Source: Bacillota bacterium (GTDB lineage Bacteria; Bacillota_I; Bacilli_A; Izemoplasmatales; Hujiaoplasmataceae). From it: 62,969 nucleotides of DNA. This document shows positions 60,383-62,969 of this stretch, one piece after another; position 1 is the stretch's first letter, and every line of letters begins with the position of its first letter. A model generated the notes under the pieces. The model searched no databases, had not been told where the DNA came from, and saw nothing but the letters and a program-made list of their open reading frames with translations. The stretch covers positions 1 to 62,969 of the forward strand of contig QKCT01000106.1 of assembly GCA_003245625.1 (NCBI GenBank). The letters are read 5' to 3'. The position numbers and the translations under genes are program-made.

Positions 60383-60802
60383 ATGTCAGAACAAAAAATC
60401 TATCCCATTGAAAAAGCATCTTTGCGCAATCTTAATCCATACTTGCAGAAGTACGATATCACTGATGAGAATAATATTTGGTTTGCAGGATATATGGAAT
60501 TATCAGCGAAGAAACATCCACTCATTCCGGGTTTTCTTCGAAATGCGAATTTTGTTTGTATTGCATACAACAACAATGAAGGAATTGTCTTAAATCATAC
60601 GAAGTACGGTTTCGTTGAGAGAGAGCGGTTTAACTTAGATAATTCTGAATTCCGCGTCTATAAAAAGACAATCTTAACCTGGTTTGAATTAAAGACAAAT
60701 CAAAGTTATTTGAATATGGTTGTTATGCAAAATAAAGATAAAGCAAAAGAATTTATGAATAGGTTTTTCCCCCATGTAGAAACAAGATCCGTATCGTTCT
60801 GA
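60383..60802 (+). CDS. Hypothetical protein
   Basis: 139-aa ORF with RBS GAGGTG, extended -10 TGTATAAT upstream and a terminator at its 3' end. Confidence 0.7.
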   Translation: MSEQKIYPIEKASLRNLNPYLQKYDITDENNIWFAGYMELSAKKHPLIPGFLRNANFVCIAYNNNEGIVLNHTKYGFVERERFNLDNSEFRVYKKTILTWFELKTNQSYLNMVVMQNKDKAKEFMNRFFPHVETRSVSF

Positions 60803-60816
60803 TACGGACCTTTTTT
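60786..60816 (+). terminator. Intrinsic terminator
   Basis: TCCGTATC-GTTCT-GATACGGA followed by a T run. Confidence 0.65.
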
Positions 60817-60841
60817 ATTTGTTTGTAATAATCATTCAAAA

Positions 60842-61327
60842 CTATTCTGTCACTGTTACTCGTTTCATCACTTCACTGACCAAAGGCTTGTCTCTAAAAT
60901 CGCGTTTTACATTTGCGATTCGATCCACTTCTTCGATACCTTCAATGATTTTTCCAAATGCAGCATAATGTCCATCTAAGTGTGGTGCTTTCTGATGCAT
61001 GATAAAAAATTGTGAACCAGCAGAGTTTGGATCTTGTGCTCTTGCCATCGAAATTACACCACGGTCATGATACAGTTCATTTAAGTGTCCGTTACTGCTG
61101 AATTCTCCCTTAATAGTGTGTCCAGGACCACCCATACCATTTCCCTGAGGATCCCCACCTTGAATCATAAAGCCTTCAATAACTCGATGGAAAATAAGCC
61201 CATCATAAAAACCTTTTTTTACTAAGTTAACAAAATTATCCACGGTGACTGGTGCGACCTCTGGGTAGAGTTCTAACTTCATCGTTTTACCGCTTTTCAT
61301 TTCAATTGTTACAATTGGATGTTTCAT
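60842..61327 (-). CDS. Cyclophilin-type peptidyl-prolyl cis-trans isomerase
   Basis: 'FYDGLIFHRVI.GFMIQGGDP', 'ISMARA..PNSAGSQFFI', 'HLDG.YAAFG'. Confidence 0.95.
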   Translation of the reverse strand: MKHPIVTIEMKSGKTMKLELYPEVAPVTVDNFVNLVKKGFYDGLIFHRVIEGFMIQGGDPQGNGMGGPGHTIKGEFSSNGHLNELYHDRGVISMARAQDPNSAGSQFFIMHQKAPHLDGHYAAFGKIIEGIEEVDRIANVKRDFRDKPLVSEVMKRVTVTE

Positions 61328-61401
61328 AATAAACCTTCTTTCTAATTCATATGACTAATTCTATCATATCATAGATTGAGTTAATTCAGACGAAAAACAC
61401 C

Positions 61402-62241
61402 TTAATCCAAATGCTTTGCAAATTGTTCAACGCCCCCGGATTCCTCTTCGTGCTTAAATGCTGTTTTTATATCTATTACATATAAGTATTTTCGATAATT
61501 TGTAAACGAGAAACAATAAGAAATAAATACAGGGATAAAAGAGATTGGTGCAAATAGAATGTAGAGTGGAAATCCTCGAAGTTCATGATAATACAAAGGG
61601 ATAAAAATATAATCAAACATACTATGTGGTCTATCTAGATTTAACCAAATTGCCAAAGACCCATCAAAATGATGGAAAAAGAGGAAATAGCAAATCACAA
61701 TACCAATAATAATCCAAGCAGGGACGATGATTCTTGTGTAGTCTTTGATATCTCGAAACAGTTTTTTGATTGGTTTTGCTAATAAAATTCGTAATCCCCA
61801 AGCGATGAAAAACAGTGTCGAAACGGATAAAAAGCTAAACAATATTTGTAGCCCTATTGTTTGATCTCTATAAACCGCCAGAAAAATATAGAATGGTAAA
61901 AGAATTTGCATGAAGATTAAAACATTGTTTTTCATTGTTTCTACCAACCAATCATTATCTTCATCTAGTTCATGATGGATATAACCAGCTCCTAACAATG
62001 ATAATACAGCTAGCACAACATGTAAAAGCCATACCCCCAAAGAGAGTAAGAACGTATAGAGAAAAAGAGGAGCAATGACAAAATAAGTTCCTAATCCCTC
62101 TAGAAAGGAAACCAACCAGATATATTTATTATCTTCACCTGACAGTTTATGAAAATTGAAAAGTAAGGATGATACAAAGAAAACAACAAAATGTCCAAAC
62201 AAGAACAAGAAGATCATCAATATCGCCACCCTTCGCTTCAT
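61402..62241 (-). CDS. Hypothetical multi-pass membrane protein
   Basis: 279-aa ORF with about 7 hydrophobic segments; no family recognised. Confidence 0.65.
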   Translation of the reverse strand: MKRRVAILMIFLFLFGHFVVFFVSSLLFNFHKLSGEDNKYIWLVSFLEGLGTYFVIAPLFLYTFLLSLGVWLLHVVLAVLSLLGAGYIHHELDEDNDWLVETMKNNVLIFMQILLPFYIFLAVYRDQTIGLQILFSFLSVSTLFFIAWGLRILLAKPIKKLFRDIKDYTRIIVPAWIIIGIVICYFLFFHHFDGSLAIWLNLDRPHSMFDYIFIPLYYHELRGFPLYILFAPISFIPVFISYCFSFTNYRKYLYVIDIKTAFKHEEESGGVEQFAKHLD

Positions 62242-62368
62242 TATACCATATCCACATAAATATGTATATTTCCCCGCTAGAATTCATGGTTCATCCAAAC
62301 TCAAGCCTGTTCATTTGAAACCCACTATTGAAAAGTGTATAATGAAAAAGAGAAAGAAGGTTGATATC

Positions 62369-62969
62369 ATGAAATATCGAACATTAGGAAAAACAAATGT
62401 AAATGTGAGTGAAATCTCTTTAGGGTGTTGGCAGCTCGGAGGCAAATGGGGTGACCCATATGATGATACTCTAGCAATAGAAACTCTCAAAATGGCCACA
62501 AGCAATGGGATTACTTGTTTTGATACCGCTGATGTATACCAAGGAGGTATGAGTGAAAATGCCATTGGTAGATATATCAAGGATATCAACCAACCTCCCT
62601 TTGTCATTACTAAAATAGGAAGAAAATCTAATCCACATGTGAAAGAGGCATATAATGAAACAACACTTCGTGGTTATGTGGAAGATTCATTAAAAAATAT
62701 GAATGTTGATTCTTTGGATCTCGTCTTACTTCATTGTCCACCAACAGATGTTTATTATTTACCAGAAGTATTTGCGGCAATGGACAAAATGAAAATAGAA
62801 GGCAAAATGAAACACTATGGTGTTAGCGTTGAACGCATCGAAGAAGGCTTAAAAGCAATGGAATACGATGGTGTCGAAGCGATTGAAATCATCTTCAATA
62901 TGTTCCGTTTACGACCAACGGAACTCTTCGTTGAGCAAGCAAAGAAAAAGAACGTTGGGGTAATCGTTC
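62369..62969 (+). CDS. Aldo/keto reductase, truncated by window end (not in ORF track)
   Basis: Manual translation MKYRTLGKTNVNVSEISLGCWQLGG...FDTADVY..G.SE...LDLVLLHCP; open to the end of the window. Confidence 0.88.
   Translation, partial: MKYRTLGKTNVNVSEISLGCWQLGGKWGDPYDDTLAIETLKMATSNGITCFDTADVYQGGMSENAIGRYIKDINQPPFVITKIGRKSNPHVKEAYNETTLRGYVEDSLKNMNVDSLDLVLLHCPPTDVYYLPEVFAAMDKMKIEGKMKHYGVSVERIEEGLKAMEYDGVEAIEIIFNMFRLRPTELFVEQAKKKNVGVIV

Noticed and set aside
60300-60593. 97-aa alternative-frame ORF overlapping 60383-60802
   Set aside because: The 60383 frame has the RBS, promoter and terminator support; this one has none
62311-62607. 98-aa minus-strand ORF
   Set aside because: Antisense to a clear aldo/keto reductase starting at 62369
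1-62969. Alternative genetic code (TGA=Trp) as in Mycoplasma
   Set aside because: Conserved genes are full length under code 11, and several, such as ecfT and guaA, end at TGA at the expected position

Overview
A 63-kb, AT-rich chromosomal window with no mobile element, prophage, CRISPR array, rRNA or tRNA that I can see. TGA is used as a stop codon, so the standard code applies. Gene content and protein style suggest a fermentative low-GC Bacillota/Mollicutes relative such as Izemoplasmatales or Acholeplasmatales (inference only). Positions 1.4-20.8 kb hold the S10-spc-alpha ribosomal protein cluster on the minus strand, including rpmJ (missed by the ORF track), followed by ecfA1-ecfA2-ecfT-truA. 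The remainder is metabolic and accessory: a nuclease-DinG helicase fusion, ald, an Fe-alcohol dehydrogenase, a P-type ATPase under a yybP-ykoY (Mn2+) riboswitch, a four-subunit Hnd-type [FeFe]-hydrogenase, guaB-guaA under a guanine riboswitch, and a membrane-anchored endonuclease I-type nuclease. The most unusual items are: (i) a two-gene unit between rplQ and ecfA1 encoding a protein with a HEPN-like RxxxxH motif fused to a CBS pair, a candidate nucleotide-regulated RNase; (ii) a GDPD / degenerate GGDEF-REC / repeat-domain-GT2 synthase operon; (iii) an SF2 helicase with transmembrane segments paired with a DUF3137-like membrane protein; (iv) a TruA with an ~84-aa N-terminal extension. All family assignments come from motif recognition by eye; no database searches were run.
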